In this document: positions 41,757 to 52,151 of the stretch, one piece after another | How the letters are laid out: every line of letters starts with the position of its first letter | Numbering within the stretch: position 1 is the first letter of the stretch | Source: Waterburya sp. | GTDB taxonomy: Bacteria > Cyanobacteriota > Cyanobacteriia > Cyanobacteriales > Xenococcaceae | NCBI GenBank assembly: GCA_965217895.1 | Contig: CBDCJV010000002.1 | Span: 3,712,001-3,776,000, forward strand | DNA length: 64,000 bases | Reading direction: 5' to 3' | Made by a program: the position numbers and the translations under genes | Notes under the pieces: model-generated | The model's database searches: none | Seen by the model: the letters and a program-made list of their open reading frames with translations, nothing else | What the model was told of the DNA's origin: nothing

Positions 41757-42143
41757 ATGAATAAGTTTCATAACAATAACCGAAATAATCTTGTCAGTTT
41801 TTTGCGGCACAATAAGTCAACTCCTCCAAACGCACATTCTGATTTGGAACAAAGAATTATTGATTCTTTAGAACCGCGAGTCAAAGAACGAAAACGATAT
41901 TTAAAAGCTACCTGGACTATTCCTAGTGCGATCGCGACAGGCTTTTTATTTACCTCTGTTAGTTTTGGTTTAAAAACTTCTCGTATTGCTATTGAACCGA
42001 AAGATTTAGAGAACTTTATGGTCAAAAATTGGCAGGACACTTTTAATTCTGCTGATTATGCCGTTGCTGAAGAAACGGAAGCATATTGGTTATTGCCAGA
42101 TATTATTGAACCTCAGCCAGCTTTATCAGTCTCTGCTCAATAA
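41757..42143 (+). CDS. Putative membrane anti-sigma factor
   Basis: Follows the ECF sigma; LVSFLR..P....DLEQRI, one TM helix, LENFM..W. Confidence 0.65.
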   Translation: MNKFHNNNRNNLVSFLRHNKSTPPNAHSDLEQRIIDSLEPRVKERKRYLKATWTIPSAIATGFLFTSVSFGLKTSRIAIEPKDLENFMVKNWQDTFNSADYAVAEETEAYWLLPDIIEPQPALSVSAQ

Positions 42144-42215
42144 TAAACAATAATAAAGATTAGTTTTTGCATCACAACTTGGATTTATTTTTTAATTTTA
42201 TTACCAATTTTTGAT

Positions 42216-42701
42216 ATGTCAATTATTCAGTGGCAATGCTTGTTATTTTTGGCTGCCATATCAATTTTTATAGCCAATAGTCGTTTTGGATTAGCCGTTT
42301 CCTCATTGTCTTTTTTACCTAATAATCAACATTCTTCTACAGCAAAAAGTACTATTGCTGATAATCATCTGACGGTAACTAAACAACAGCCTCAAAGTCT
42401 TATACAGCAATTAAATTTGACTGATGAACAAAAGCAAAAAATCAAACAGATACATTATCGATATAAGCAGCAAATACTCAAGAAAAAAAACAATCTTGCA
42501 GTGTTACAGCAACAATTATCCGACATGATGATCGGCACAGAATCAGTTGAATTAATTAGAGCTAAAAACCAACAGCTAGTAACCTTGCGTCAGGAAATAG
42601 GAGCATTACATTTTGAAAGTATGCTGGCCACCAGAGAAATACTTACTCCCCAACAGCGTCAGAAATTTAAAAAAATATTAGAATCTCGACTTTCTCGCTA
42701 A
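42216..42701 (+). CDS. Spy/CpxP family periplasmic chaperone
   Basis: Signal sequence; LNLTDEQ and ILTPQQ (LTxxQ) motifs. Confidence 0.85.
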   Translation: MSIIQWQCLLFLAAISIFIANSRFGLAVSSLSFLPNNQHSSTAKSTIADNHLTVTKQQPQSLIQQLNLTDEQKQKIKQIHYRYKQQILKKKNNLAVLQQQLSDMMIGTESVELIRAKNQQLVTLRQEIGALHFESMLATREILTPQQRQKFKKILESRLSR

Positions 42702-42752
42702 CTTGAAAAACAATTTAGTCGAATATATGATAAATTAGTTATTGCTTATTAT

Positions 42753-42834
42753 GCGGATGTGGTGGAATTGGTAGACACGCACGCTTGAGGGGCGTGTGGC
42801 TAACGCCTTGCGAGTTCGAGTCTCGCCATCCGCA
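42753..42834 (+). tRNA. trnL: tRNA-Leu (anticodon GAG)
   Basis: Acceptor gcggatg/catccgc, D-loop ggaattggtagac, anticodon arm cacgc-ttGAGgg-gcgtg, long variable arm, gttcga T-loop; CCA not encoded. Confidence 0.97.
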
Positions 42835-43072
42835 TTGCTTGCTCTTCAAGGAGCAGCGCGACTTTTTTATTAAGGGTGCAAGTCACACACCTGTTTTTTT
42901 GCTCAAATCTTGCTCAGAAGTAACTGTAATAATCGCTTTGGACTCCACAAGTCAAAAGAATTGCGGATATTTGGGCTTTTAGGCGGAAAATACTGTTAAT
43001 TTCTGCAACGCTGGTTTCGCGATCGCCATAATTTTATTGTGATTGTGTATCAGGGCGACGCTTGAATAACCA

Positions 43073-43288
43073 TTAGGCTATTCGCGCTTTAACTGTAGCA
43101 ATCATAGAAGTATCGGCATTGAAATTAGGTGAGGTGGTTTTAGTTTGAGATGCTTTACAGGCAGTAAATAGCAGAATAAAAGAGAATAATAAAACTGACA
43201 AAGATAATACGTTGATCGCTCTATCTTGTTGAAGGAAACTAAAATTATTCCGATCAATCTTATCAATGCGTTTTTGATTATTTTTCAT
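43073..43288 (-). CDS. Small hypothetical membrane/secreted protein
   Basis: 71-aa ORF with one hydrophobic segment ending LFTAC; may be a gene remnant. Confidence 0.45.
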   Translation of the reverse strand: MKNNQKRIDKIDRNNFSFLQQDRAINVLSLSVLLFSFILLFTACKASQTKTTSPNFNADTSMIATVKARIA

Positions 43289-43629
43289 AATCTACTTATT
43301 TTTAAATACTTTTATTTGTTTGAATTTAAATATTAAATAAGATATTTCGTTGGTAAATCTGCCTTAAGTTTGGTTTTGTTTCTCTAGCTTAAAATATTAA
43401 AATATGTTTCTTGTTAAGGTCTTGTGTTTGAAAGCGTACATATCTTTTTTCTTCTTTGCTATCAAAAGCTTTAAACATATTTTTAAGTCTATATCTCTAG
43501 TAAGATTAAAAGTAAAAAATGGGTTTATAAGATGAGATTGAAGAGCCAGCATTGACAAAATGTTTGAGGAAATAGTTGATGCTGAAAGTTTTTTCCAGAA
43601 TCAAATATCAAATTATATCCTTAAAAATT

Positions 43630-44040
43630 ATGTCTTCAAAAAATCAGTCAATTTTTCCCGAACCAAGCTTTCGCCGACAACAAGTTAACAACTTTCTTAA
43701 TAATCTCTTAGACTTAGGGATTGATAGTGAAAATCAGTCTGCTTTTATTCCAGCCACAGAACTAAAAGAAACTGATAAAGCTTTTTATCTTAAGTTAGAA
43801 ATTCCTGGAATTGTCAAACACCAAATATATCTAGAACTAAATTCCAAATTAGTAATAGTTCGAGGAGAACGAAATTCAATAAAAGATGCTGAAGATGCAC
43901 AACAAATATACAGCAACTTTCGCTATGGTAAATGGCAAAGTATTGTTCCTTTACCCACTGCGATTATTATTTGTGGAGCAAGTGCTGAATATACCGATGG
44001 CATCTTTGAATTGGTTTTATACAAACAGTTCACTATATAG
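43630..44040 (+). CDS. Hsp20/alpha-crystallin small heat shock protein (divergent)
   Basis: FIPATELKETD..Y.LKLEIPG, RGER, FRYGK....PLP, AEYTDG. Confidence 0.8.
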   Translation: MSSKNQSIFPEPSFRRQQVNNFLNNLLDLGIDSENQSAFIPATELKETDKAFYLKLEIPGIVKHQIYLELNSKLVIVRGERNSIKDAEDAQQIYSNFRYGKWQSIVPLPTAIIICGASAEYTDGIFELVLYKQFTI

Positions 44041-44174
44041 CAGATAGTCATGAAATTTAAAAAGAGTAGTAAATTTGTTGCCTGAATATATAGCAAAATT
44101 GGTAGTTTCTGTATTGTAAAGTAAGCGCGATCGCTCATCAAAAAAAACAGTTTCTAATTAAATAATTTGAATCA

Positions 44175-44438
44175 ATGAGTATGACCTATAAGATAGCCGA
44201 GCTACTCGATTTGTTGGTTTTTCATTCACCTAAGCCTCCTTATTGGATAGAAATTAAAACCAAAAATCCTACCTGCACATATTATTTTGGTCATTTCGAG
44301 CATCCACTGGCAGCAAAACTTATGCAGCAGGGTTATATCCAGGATTTGATTGATGAAAGAGCAATAGTAGTTAGTGTAAAAACTAAACGATGCCAACCCG
44401 ATCGCTTAACTATTGTTGAAACTGAGAAAAATAGTTAG
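44175..44438 (+). CDS. DUF1816 family protein
   Basis: WIEIKT..P.CTYYFG.F...GYIQDL..E.A. Confidence 0.8.
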   Translation: MSMTYKIAELLDLLVFHSPKPPYWIEIKTKNPTCTYYFGHFEHPLAAKLMQQGYIQDLIDERAIVVSVKTKRCQPDRLTIVETEKNS

Positions 44439-44477
44439 TTAACTTTAGATGAGTCTTTATGTTTTTTTAGATATAAC

Positions 44478-44676
44478 ATTGATTGCATTGATCGTGATGT
44501 TCCCTTTAATTCCCTTAACCCAGACTGTATTGACAGGGTAATTACTCCAGATGTTGATTTTCGTATTCCTTTAGATTGGCAGAAATTTCGCGATCGCCTG
44601 ATAGCTACTTTCCCAGAAGAAACAAGGGGTATTAATCTTTACTGTGACCAGATTAAACAACTGCATCAAGAAATAA
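44478..44676 (+). pseudogene. Internal fragment of a FAD-dependent oxidoreductase (phytoene-desaturase/RetSat-like)
   Basis: No start codon; IDRDVPFNSLNPDCIDRVITPDVDFRIPLDWQKFRDRLIATFPEE...YCDQIKQLHQEI, cut by a MITE. Confidence 0.55.
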
Positions 44677-44807
44677 TACTAAATCCTGTTTGGATACACC
44701 ATTTAAAAGTTGTGTAAAGGCAGAGAGCATAAGGCAGATGACAGATGGGTTTAAGCTCGTTTGAGACTCTCAGTTTCAAAGTAGGGTTTGTAAATCGGAT
44801 TTAGTAT
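44676..44807. mobile_element. MITE with 11-bp TIR
   Basis: atactaaatcc / ggatttagtat; aggcaga heptamers inside. Confidence 0.7.
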
Positions 44808-44880
44808 AAGACAGTTATTTCAGCAGGTGAATTGGTACGATATAGATTGGTCAGATTGGCTTTCCTTACATTATTACTTG

Positions 44881-44907
44881 TAAGAGCGAACGGGCCGTTC
44901 GCCCTTA
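44881..44907. repeat. REP-like palindrome
   Basis: taagagcgaacgg-g-ccgttcgccctta. Confidence 0.65.
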
Positions 44908-45019
44908 TAAGATATCTGCCGATTCGTCTGAGCAAGAAGCAGTCTAAGTTATTCGTGACTATTACAGCGCGATCGCTTATTCTCAGATTACATAAGAAAA
45001 AAAGTATAGAGTACCAATC

Positions 45020-45364
45020 ATGTTCAAGCTATCGGTCAAATTCTCTGTCGTACTAGTTATTATTACGGCATTAGCAATGGTATGTTTGCAGTCGTTTGAG
45101 TCAAAGCCCGTTTTATCGGCAACTTCAGATATTCACTTTCTTGAGCCGACAATTGTTGCAACTGCTACCGCACCACCAAAACTTTTATCTGCCGTGCTGG
45201 GAGGTAAACCCGTTTATGTTCTGTACGTTACCCAATCTGAAGATACTGTCTTGGTACGTTGTTACCCTGGCTATGAGCCAATGATAACGGTTCGAGCGAT
45301 GGGCAGCAATGTTAATGCCAACACACAGAAAGAAGGGGTCATGACCTGCCGTTCTTCTACATAG
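45020..45364 (+). CDS. Hypothetical secreted protein
   Basis: Signal-like N-terminus; mature part has two Cys (RCYPG, MTCR). Confidence 0.6.
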   Translation: MFKLSVKFSVVLVIITALAMVCLQSFESKPVLSATSDIHFLEPTIVATATAPPKLLSAVLGGKPVYVLYVTQSEDTVLVRCYPGYEPMITVRAMGSNVNANTQKEGVMTCRSST

Positions 45365-45643
45365 AATCTATGCTGCGCGATCGAGCTTATATGATCACAA
45401 TCAATGATGCTATCTCTTCTTGTTTGTAGATGGCTCATTTAAATGCTTTTTCAAGTTTTGTCCTATACCAAGGTCTTTACTCATAGTAATCATTATGATT
45501 TGCTATTGGAATATCGACAAATCAACAAGCAGAGTGGGATAATTGCCCATGACTGTTTATAAACAAAACATTAAAATATTTTACAAGTTCGCTTTTTATA
45601 GTGTAAGCAGTTCTAAGTACACAAAAATATATAGCTTTAATAA

Positions 45644-46564
45644 ATGACAAAGACAGCATGGGTATTTCCAGGACAAGGTTCTCAGTCAGTAGGAATGGGC
45701 GCAGATTTTCAAGATCTTCCAGGTGCAAAATATAAGTTCAAGATTGCAGAAAAAATATTAGGTTGGTCTGTATTAGATATTTGTCAGGGAGACGAATCTA
45801 CCCTGGCTAAGACTCTTTATACTCAGCCATGCCTATACGTTGTTGAATCAATTTTAGTAGATCTATTAGTGAAAAAAACTGGTCTGCCTCAATTAGTTGC
45901 AGGTCACAGCCTTGGTGAATATGTGGCTTTATATGCAGCCAAGGTGTTTGATTTTGAATCAGGATTAAGATTAGTAAAAAAAAGAGCGGAATTGATGGAC
46001 AATGCTGCTGGTGGAAAAATGGCTGCATTAATGAAGTTCGATCGTTCGGAATTAAATGCTGCTTTGGCTGAAACTGATAATGTTGTCCTGGCTAACGATA
46101 ACAGCAAAGAACAGGTAGTCATATCTGGTACACCAGAAGCAGTGAAAAAGATTGTGGACAAAGTTAAAGCAAAACGGATAATGTCTTTAAATGTTTCTGG
46201 TGCTTTTCACTCTCCTTTAATGCAGGATGCTTCAGCACAGTTTCTCACAGTATTAAATTCAGTCAGCTTCAACAATGCAGAGGTTCCTGTAATATCAAAC
46301 GTAGAACCCACTCCTGCTTCTGGCAAAGAAGAATTAAAACAAAGATTAGCGCAACAAATGACTGGTTCAGTTCGCTGGCGAGAAATTATGCTGCAATTTA
46401 CTCAAGCAGAAATTACCCATATTATTGAAGTTGGTCCAGGAAAAGCTTTACGAGGTTTGCTCAAGAGAACCTGTCGTGAAATAAATTTAAGAGGAGTTGA
46501 TACATTAGAACAGCTAAATACATTGGAACAATTTTATTCTAAAGGATTAGTTTTAAGTTCTTGA
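45644..46564 (+). CDS. fabD: Malonyl-CoA:ACP transacylase
   Basis: FPGQGSQ, TQPCL, GHSLGEY, VSGAFHS, EVGPG. Confidence 0.96.
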   Translation: MTKTAWVFPGQGSQSVGMGADFQDLPGAKYKFKIAEKILGWSVLDICQGDESTLAKTLYTQPCLYVVESILVDLLVKKTGLPQLVAGHSLGEYVALYAAKVFDFESGLRLVKKRAELMDNAAGGKMAALMKFDRSELNAALAETDNVVLANDNSKEQVVISGTPEAVKKIVDKVKAKRIMSLNVSGAFHSPLMQDASAQFLTVLNSVSFNNAEVPVISNVEPTPASGKEELKQRLAQQMTGSVRWREIMLQFTQAEITHIIEVGPGKALRGLLKRTCREINLRGVDTLEQLNTLEQFYSKGLVLSS

Positions 46565-46631
46565 GAAAAACTTTTTAATTTTCAGCTTGATGATCTTTCA
46601 GTAATAAATAGCTACTATTAGCTATTTATTA

Positions 46632-47219
46632 CTAAACCTTGTTTTCTCGACTCCATATTGCTAAACCGCCACCTTTTCCTCTGGCAGCAATTATATTTTG
46701 TTCAATTAAAAAATAGTGAAAAAATGCCTGTTGGGAAATCTTCTGATGATAAAATTCTGCTTCTTTTGTCGCTCCATTTCTGATATAGCCGTCATAAAGT
46801 TTCCAGCCAAAGATGGAAAAGGTCATAGTGGTAAAATCAAAGGCTAAGATATTATTTTTAATAAACTTCATCGGACCTGTTAAAGATAAATTGAAAAAAG
46901 CTAAACTAACAGAGTTGCGCACTCTTCCCGTATTTAAAGTTTCTCGATCGCCCTGGTATTCAATTTTTATTTTAACTAGCTGAGGAATGTATTTTCCTGC
47001 GCCTAAGACAATACCAGCTTTTGTTCTTGTTTTCTTTGTTCCAGTGACAAAGCGTAAATTCCACTCTCCAGTTAAATCAGCTAAAGAATAGTTTTTTTCG
47101 CCTTTTTTCACTTTTTCAGCTTCTAACAAACTTTTTACTACTAACGATGGTGTAGGTAGATCTGAACTTTCATTTGTTACATTGGCTGCGCGATGAAGTA
47201 CTGATTTATTATTGAACAT
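46632..47219 (-). CDS. Conserved hypothetical protein (PAP/fibrillin-like beta fold)
   Basis: L.GEW.LRF.TG, AFF.YF....IAARGKGGGLAIW. Confidence 0.6.
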   Translation of the reverse strand: MFNNKSVLHRAANVTNESSDLPTPSLVVKSLLEAEKVKKGEKNYSLADLTGEWNLRFVTGTKKTRTKAGIVLGAGKYIPQLVKIKIEYQGDRETLNTGRVRNSVSLAFFNLSLTGPMKFIKNNILAFDFTTMTFSIFGWKLYDGYIRNGATKEAEFYHQKISQQAFFHYFLIEQNIIAARGKGGGLAIWSRENKV

Positions 47220-47515
47220 AGTTGTCCTTTTTCTTGAAAACAAAGTCTAATCTTTAATAAAGTATTTCTATCCAAACTCTTGCTATTCTTTTTAAAATAC
47301 ATTTATCTAATATTGAATTTACGTATCTCTTACATTTATTTAAGTAGGTATCGATTGTAAATATACAATTTATTAATGTTTGTATTCGCTAAAAAACATA
47401 TATACTTAAGCAACTTTGGGCTAATATGTAATTATTTTAAACTGATAACAAAAAATCTTAATTGTCCCTATAATACATTTATTTGTAAAATCTATAAGAA
47501 AAACACAGTTCACTT

Positions 47516-47776
47516 ATGTCTTTTGCTACAAAATTGTTCGACATACTTGGTTTAAAAAAAGAAAATAAACTTCCTTACTGGCTGCAAATAAGTACCAAAG
47601 TACCAAAGTGCGTTTACTATTTTGGTCCTTTCGATAGCCCTATAGAAGCAAAAGCATTGCAAGTTGGCTATATTGAGGATTTAATGGCAGAAAATGCTCA
47701 AGGAATACATATAGAACTTAAACAATGTCTACAACCCTCAGAATTAACTATTTGTGAAAACGAAGAGATTTTTTAG
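47516..47776 (+). CDS. DUF1816 family protein
   Basis: WLQIST..PKCVYYFGPF...GYIEDL..ENA. Confidence 0.8.
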   Translation: MSFATKLFDILGLKKENKLPYWLQISTKVPKCVYYFGPFDSPIEAKALQVGYIEDLMAENAQGIHIELKQCLQPSELTICENEEIF

Positions 47777-47921
47777 GCTGATAATTATCTTAAGTAACGC
47801 CAGTTCGGATTCAATACTTCTCGGTTAAGTCATCTTTATTAATTGGCTATGTTTGGGTAAGCCCTTCGGGCAGGGTAAGGGGCAAGGGGGAAAGGAATAA
47901 TTATCTTAATTTAAACTGAAT

Positions 47922-48731
47922 TCAAAACAGTATAAATTTACCGTCAATTAGCCATAAAGCCCAGCCTGTAACAGCCAAACACAAAACACCTGCAACCCCT
48001 GCTAATGGTTGCTGATTAATTCCTGTCAGCCAGTGGTTTTTATAACTGTAAGTTAATAGTTGCGCTGAGTCTATGCAGGTTAAACCCCAAATCCAACCTG
48101 CATGAAGCCCAACGGCAAGATGAATGTTATTGTTATCAATTAGTCTTGCTCCGACTAAAATCATTCCCATCAACCACAAGCCAGGAATTTGAGGTACTGT
48201 TGCTTTCCTTTCCCAAAGCAGATGTAATAAGGCAAAAATAAGACTGGAAAATGTGGCTGCTAACCAATATGAGCCATTAGTTGATAGAGTACTGTAGATA
48301 TATCCACGGAAAACTAATTCTTCACTCAAACTAATCAGCAAACTTAGAATAAGAATAGGCAGCAGCAAAGGCAATAAGCTTTTGATGTTTTTTCTATGCC
48401 AACTGACAAGTTTGAAAGCCGACTCGAAGCTAAATACAATAGCCAAACTGATAACGCTTAAAATCAAGCCTAATAATATAGAAGCTAATATATGAGAATT
48501 TAAACTCAAGCCAAGATCGGCTAATAACAAATTTTCTGCTTTAATTTTCCAGCCTAAAACGAGAGGAACAAAAGCATAAAGAGATAGTAGCAAGATGATT
48601 TTTTGTCTTGGTATTAAAGGTTGATTTGGCTGCCAGTTGATTAATCGAGATATCACAAAAGCGATCGGCAGCCAGAGAGTTGCCCACGCTCCAAAAAAAG
48701 TTACTACGTTAAACCATGATGTATCAAACAT
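47922..48731 (-). CDS. CPBP (Abi/CAAX) intramembrane glutamic protease
   Basis: EELVFRG, FALLH, GLHAGW motifs. Confidence 0.88.
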   Translation of the reverse strand: MFDTSWFNVVTFFGAWATLWLPIAFVISRLINWQPNQPLIPRQKIILLLSLYAFVPLVLGWKIKAENLLLADLGLSLNSHILASILLGLILSVISLAIVFSFESAFKLVSWHRKNIKSLLPLLLPILILSLLISLSEELVFRGYIYSTLSTNGSYWLAATFSSLIFALLHLLWERKATVPQIPGLWLMGMILVGARLIDNNNIHLAVGLHAGWIWGLTCIDSAQLLTYSYKNHWLTGINQQPLAGVAGVLCLAVTGWALWLIDGKFILF

Positions 48732-48805
48732 CTTGCATATCCTAAATAGGAGTTAATCGCCCTCATTCACGAAGGCGATTATGATCGCTAAATTCGCTAA
48801 AGAAA

Positions 48806-49198
48806 TTAGTTATCTAATGCTCCATTTTCTTCACCATCAATCTGCTTGAGATGAATATGTTTATAACCTAATTTTATTTCAAACTTGTCTCCTTCCTTTA
48901 ATCCCATGGCCTGAGTATAAGTAGATCCAATGACAATTTGACCGTTTTTGTGAACACTTACTCGATAAGTAGGCTCTCTTCCACGACCATCTTTTGCTCC
49001 TTCTGGATCTAGAGGAACTCCCTTAGCAGCAAGCACTGCATCATAAAAATCTGTAAGGTTTACGCGCGTTTGTTTCTCTTTTGTAGTGGTAAAATATCCA
49101 CATTTTTTAGCTGTTTCACGTCTTGGTAAATGGGATAGCTCTTTTACTTTTTGAAGTAAGGCTTTTCCTGTTAGCGGGGCGGTTGCCATTTCACTCAT
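48806..49198 (-). CDS. Cyanobacterial AbrB-like regulator, cyAbrB1 (Sll0359) clade
   Basis: HLPRRETAK, RVNLTDFYDAVLAAKG, GREPTYRVSVHKNGQIVIG. Confidence 0.88.
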   Translation of the reverse strand: MSEMATAPLTGKALLQKVKELSHLPRRETAKKCGYFTTTKEKQTRVNLTDFYDAVLAAKGVPLDPEGAKDGRGREPTYRVSVHKNGQIVIGSTYTQAMGLKEGDKFEIKLGYKHIHLKQIDGEENGALDN

Positions 49199-49543
49199 AA
49201 TTAATTTGGGTTCTCTCTAACTCTAGTCAAATTTAAATTGTTTCTTTTAAGTCATATTTGACATTATAAGAAATATACCGTTAATTTACTCTCTTGTCAC
49301 AACTTTTTTTTGATAATAATTTTTTTTCGATAATGTTCTGCAATTAATCTTCAGTTATTTAGTCTGATATTACAAATCATTGATTTTACTACAAATTATA
49401 TTATTGCTAAGTCTCCCTTTAAATATTAGTTATCAGTTATTTTAAATAACAAATACGAATTAAAATAGCCAGGCACTAATCTTGACTTTCGCTACTTAAA
49501 AATGTTATCAGCAAATCATAACGTCTTCAAATATTAATTATTA

Positions 49544-50113
49544 ATGAATTGTCACGAGTTAGATCTGAAAAAAACTATTTTAGTTACTGGTGCATCTAGC
49601 TCAGGAAAAAGCGAATTTGCCGAAATGCTAGCAATTAAAACTAACAAATCTGTTATTTATCTGGCTACAGCAAAAGTCGATCCAAACGATCGCGAATGGC
49701 AGGCCAAAATAATTAAGCATCAGCAGCGAAGACCTCAAGATTGGCAAACATTAGCAGCGTGTGAAGAATTGTCATTATGTATTGAACAGGCTGCGGAATC
49801 TGAATGTTTGCTGATAGATTCTCTAGGTACTTGGATCGCTAATTTTTTGGAACTGGAGCAAATAGACTGGAAGAAAAGGTGCGATCGCCTTTTGAACAGC
49901 ATCCAAAATACTCAAGCACACATCATCTTGGTAGGAGAAGAAACAGGATGGGGTGTTGTTCCTGCTTATCCTCTGGGCAGGCTTTTTCGCGATCGCTTGG
50001 GACATTTATCTCGGCAAGTGGGGAATGTGACAGACACTACCTATCTTGTTGCAGGGGGTCATGTGCTTAATTTAAGCGTGCTGGGAGAACCTTTAAGCAA
50101 TTATAAAATCTAG
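49544..50113 (+). CDS. cobU: Adenosylcobinamide kinase / guanylyltransferase
   Basis: LVTG..SGKS.FAE, YLATA, H..RRP..W, EETGWGVVP, FRD.LG. Confidence 0.93.
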   Translation: MNCHELDLKKTILVTGASSSGKSEFAEMLAIKTNKSVIYLATAKVDPNDREWQAKIIKHQQRRPQDWQTLAACEELSLCIEQAAESECLLIDSLGTWIANFLELEQIDWKKRCDRLLNSIQNTQAHIILVGEETGWGVVPAYPLGRLFRDRLGHLSRQVGNVTDTTYLVAGGHVLNLSVLGEPLSNYKI

Positions 50114-50116
50114 TTT

Positions 50117-50593
50117 ACGTTTAGTGTGAATTAAAAGGGTTCGATTTTCTCTTTTTATCGGAAATTTAACTTTGAAAACCAGAATATAATACTGGGGGAA
50201 CTTTCCCCCAGACCCCAATCTCGCGCGTTCCCAAGTCCGCGTGGCTTCCCGTTTAGGGATGCCCTCGTGTCGGACGCTTGCGCCTGACGGCGACGCGGTG
50301 AAGCAGTTGCGGTGGACAGGTTCCCTGGCATAAGCAAACTGCTGAACCCTTTAGGGGGTCGCTCGCCTGTTGGGGACGTTACGACCCTCCCCAAAGCCGA
50401 GGCAACGTGGGGCGAATGTATTCGCCCCTTTAAGTGCCGTCTTCCGTAAACATTAACCCTAACTTCTACCTTGCCAAATAATCTCTAATCATCTAGATAA
50501 ATAATCGAATTTGCTTTTTGCAAAATCTTGTTACTCTTTGAAATATTAGTCTTTTATAAGCTGATCATAAGAAAGCTAATTCACATCAGACGT
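50117..50593. mobile_element. MITE with 5'-AC ends (same family as 16324-16576), 5-bp target duplication AGTTT
   Basis: TIRs acgtttagtgtgaatta / taattcacatcagacgt; AGTTT at 50112-50116 and 50594-50598; GC-rich nested hairpins inside. Confidence 0.85.
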
Positions 50594-50825
50594 AGTTTAT
50601 AAATTTTGGCCGTTATTTTGTTTACTCTCTCGCCTGTCCGCTAAATCAGCAACGCCTTTTGTTGATTAGCTTTTGTCACATAAAGATAGCTAAGGTATAC
50701 TATTTAAACTTTCTATAGATGTAATTATTGACTGCTAGCATTTATCATTACTAGCGTAAGTTTATTAAATTTGCTTATATCGACTGACTATCGTTGCAAT
50801 TCTATATTTATATATTTAGTATTAT

Positions 50826-52151
50826 ATGCAAACTTTTTTTATAATTTGGATTGGTCAAGTTATCTCATTACTAGGTTCTAAATTAACCGAGTTCGCTTTA
50901 GCATTTTGGATTCTTGATCGAACATATCAAGATACAGGAACAATCACCAAATTCGCCCTAACTATATTTTTTATGTATCTTCCCAAGGTGATTATTTCTC
51001 CCTTGGCGGGGGTTTTAATCGACCGATGGAATCGTCGTTACGTTATGCTCATGAGTGACCTGGGAACGGGAATAGTAACCTTGGGGGTACTTTTGTTAGT
51101 TTGGTCAAATTCCTTAGCGGTTTGGCAGATCTATCTTGTTCTGATAATTTCTTCTAGTCTAGGTGCTTTCCAGCAGCCTGCCTATACAGCCTCAATTACC
51201 CAGCTAGTACCAGCTAAGAATTTGAGTCGTGCCAATGGTATGGTGCAGGCATCTTTTGCGATCGCCAAAATTGCCGCTCCTGCGATCGCTGGTTTGCTGA
51301 TGAAGTTTTTTGGTCTAAAAACAATTTTGTCTATAGACATCGCTACATTTATAGTTGCCATTATCACTCTGGTTAGCGTTAAATTTCCTGAATTCAAACG
51401 ACGCACCAAGGCTAAAAGAAAAGTTGTCCATCAAGTGATTTCCGATGCCTTAGCTGGCTGGAACTATATCGTTCTTAGACCTGGTTTAATTCGTTTGGTT
51501 AGTTTTATTTCCATTAGCTACTTTAGTATGGGGATCTTAGAAGTTGTTCTCTGGCCTTTGCTCTACCAACCAAATTCTACTGATGAATTGGGACTTGTGC
51601 TTTCTATTGGGGGTTGCGGGATGCTTTTGGGCAGTGTGTTAATGAGCGTTTGGTCTGGTCCTAAAAACCGTGTTAGAGCAATTATTTGTTTTGCGGGATT
51701 ACAAAGCGTAATTATTTTAATTGGGGGCATGAAAATATCGCCTTTTGTCCTGGCAATTGGCATTTTTGGCTATTTATTCTCTCAGCCAATTATCGTTAGC
51801 TGTAATCAGGCAATTTGGCAGAGTAAAGTTCCCAGTCGTTTGCAGGGCAGGGTATTTGCTTTACAGCAGACTTTAGAAAGATCCCTGGCTATTTGTGCCT
51901 ATTTATTGGCAGGACCTTTAGTAGATAATGTTTTCAATCCGTTGATGGCTGAAGACGGAGTTTTTGCCCAAATGCTTGGCAAATTTGTCAACACAGGTAT
52001 GGGTCAAGGAGTAACGTTATTATTGGTTTTGTTAGGAATTGTAAATGTGCTGGTAGTTGCGATCGCCTATCGTCAACCCCGTCTACGACATCTAGAAACA
52101 GAATTACCCGACCGTAATCGATTTGCGAATACAAAAACTACAGCAGCGTAG
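50826..52151 (+). CDS. MFS transporter (DHA3/macrolide-efflux-like)
   Basis: F.IIWIGQ.IS.LGS, AGVLIDRWNRR, RANG, QGRVF. Confidence 0.88.
   Translation: MQTFFIIWIGQVISLLGSKLTEFALAFWILDRTYQDTGTITKFALTIFFMYLPKVIISPLAGVLIDRWNRRYVMLMSDLGTGIVTLGVLLLVWSNSLAVWQIYLVLIISSSLGAFQQPAYTASITQLVPAKNLSRANGMVQASFAIAKIAAPAIAGLLMKFFGLKTILSIDIATFIVAIITLVSVKFPEFKRRTKAKRKVVHQVISDALAGWNYIVLRPGLIRLVSFISISYFSMGILEVVLWPLLYQPNSTDELGLVLSIGGCGMLLGSVLMSVWSGPKNRVRAIICFAGLQSVIILIGGMKISPFVLAIGIFGYLFSQPIIVSCNQAIWQSKVPSRLQGRVFALQQTLERSLAICAYLLAGPLVDNVFNPLMAEDGVFAQMLGKFVNTGMGQGVTLLLVLLGIVNVLVVAIAYRQPRLRHLETELPDRNRFANTKTTAA

Noticed and set aside
42785..42982. 65-aa ORF
   Set aside because: Overlaps tRNA-Leu
42753..45640. Integrative element at tRNA-Leu
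   Set aside because: No integrase, and I found no duplicated tRNA 3' end
47797..47921. IS982-type end acgccagttcggat with purine repeats
   Set aside because: No convincing partner TIR or target duplication; too degenerate to call
50155..50394. 79-aa ORF, and a possible cobalamin riboswitch near cobU
   Set aside because: Lies inside a MITE, downstream of cobU; made of nested repeats and I saw no B12 box
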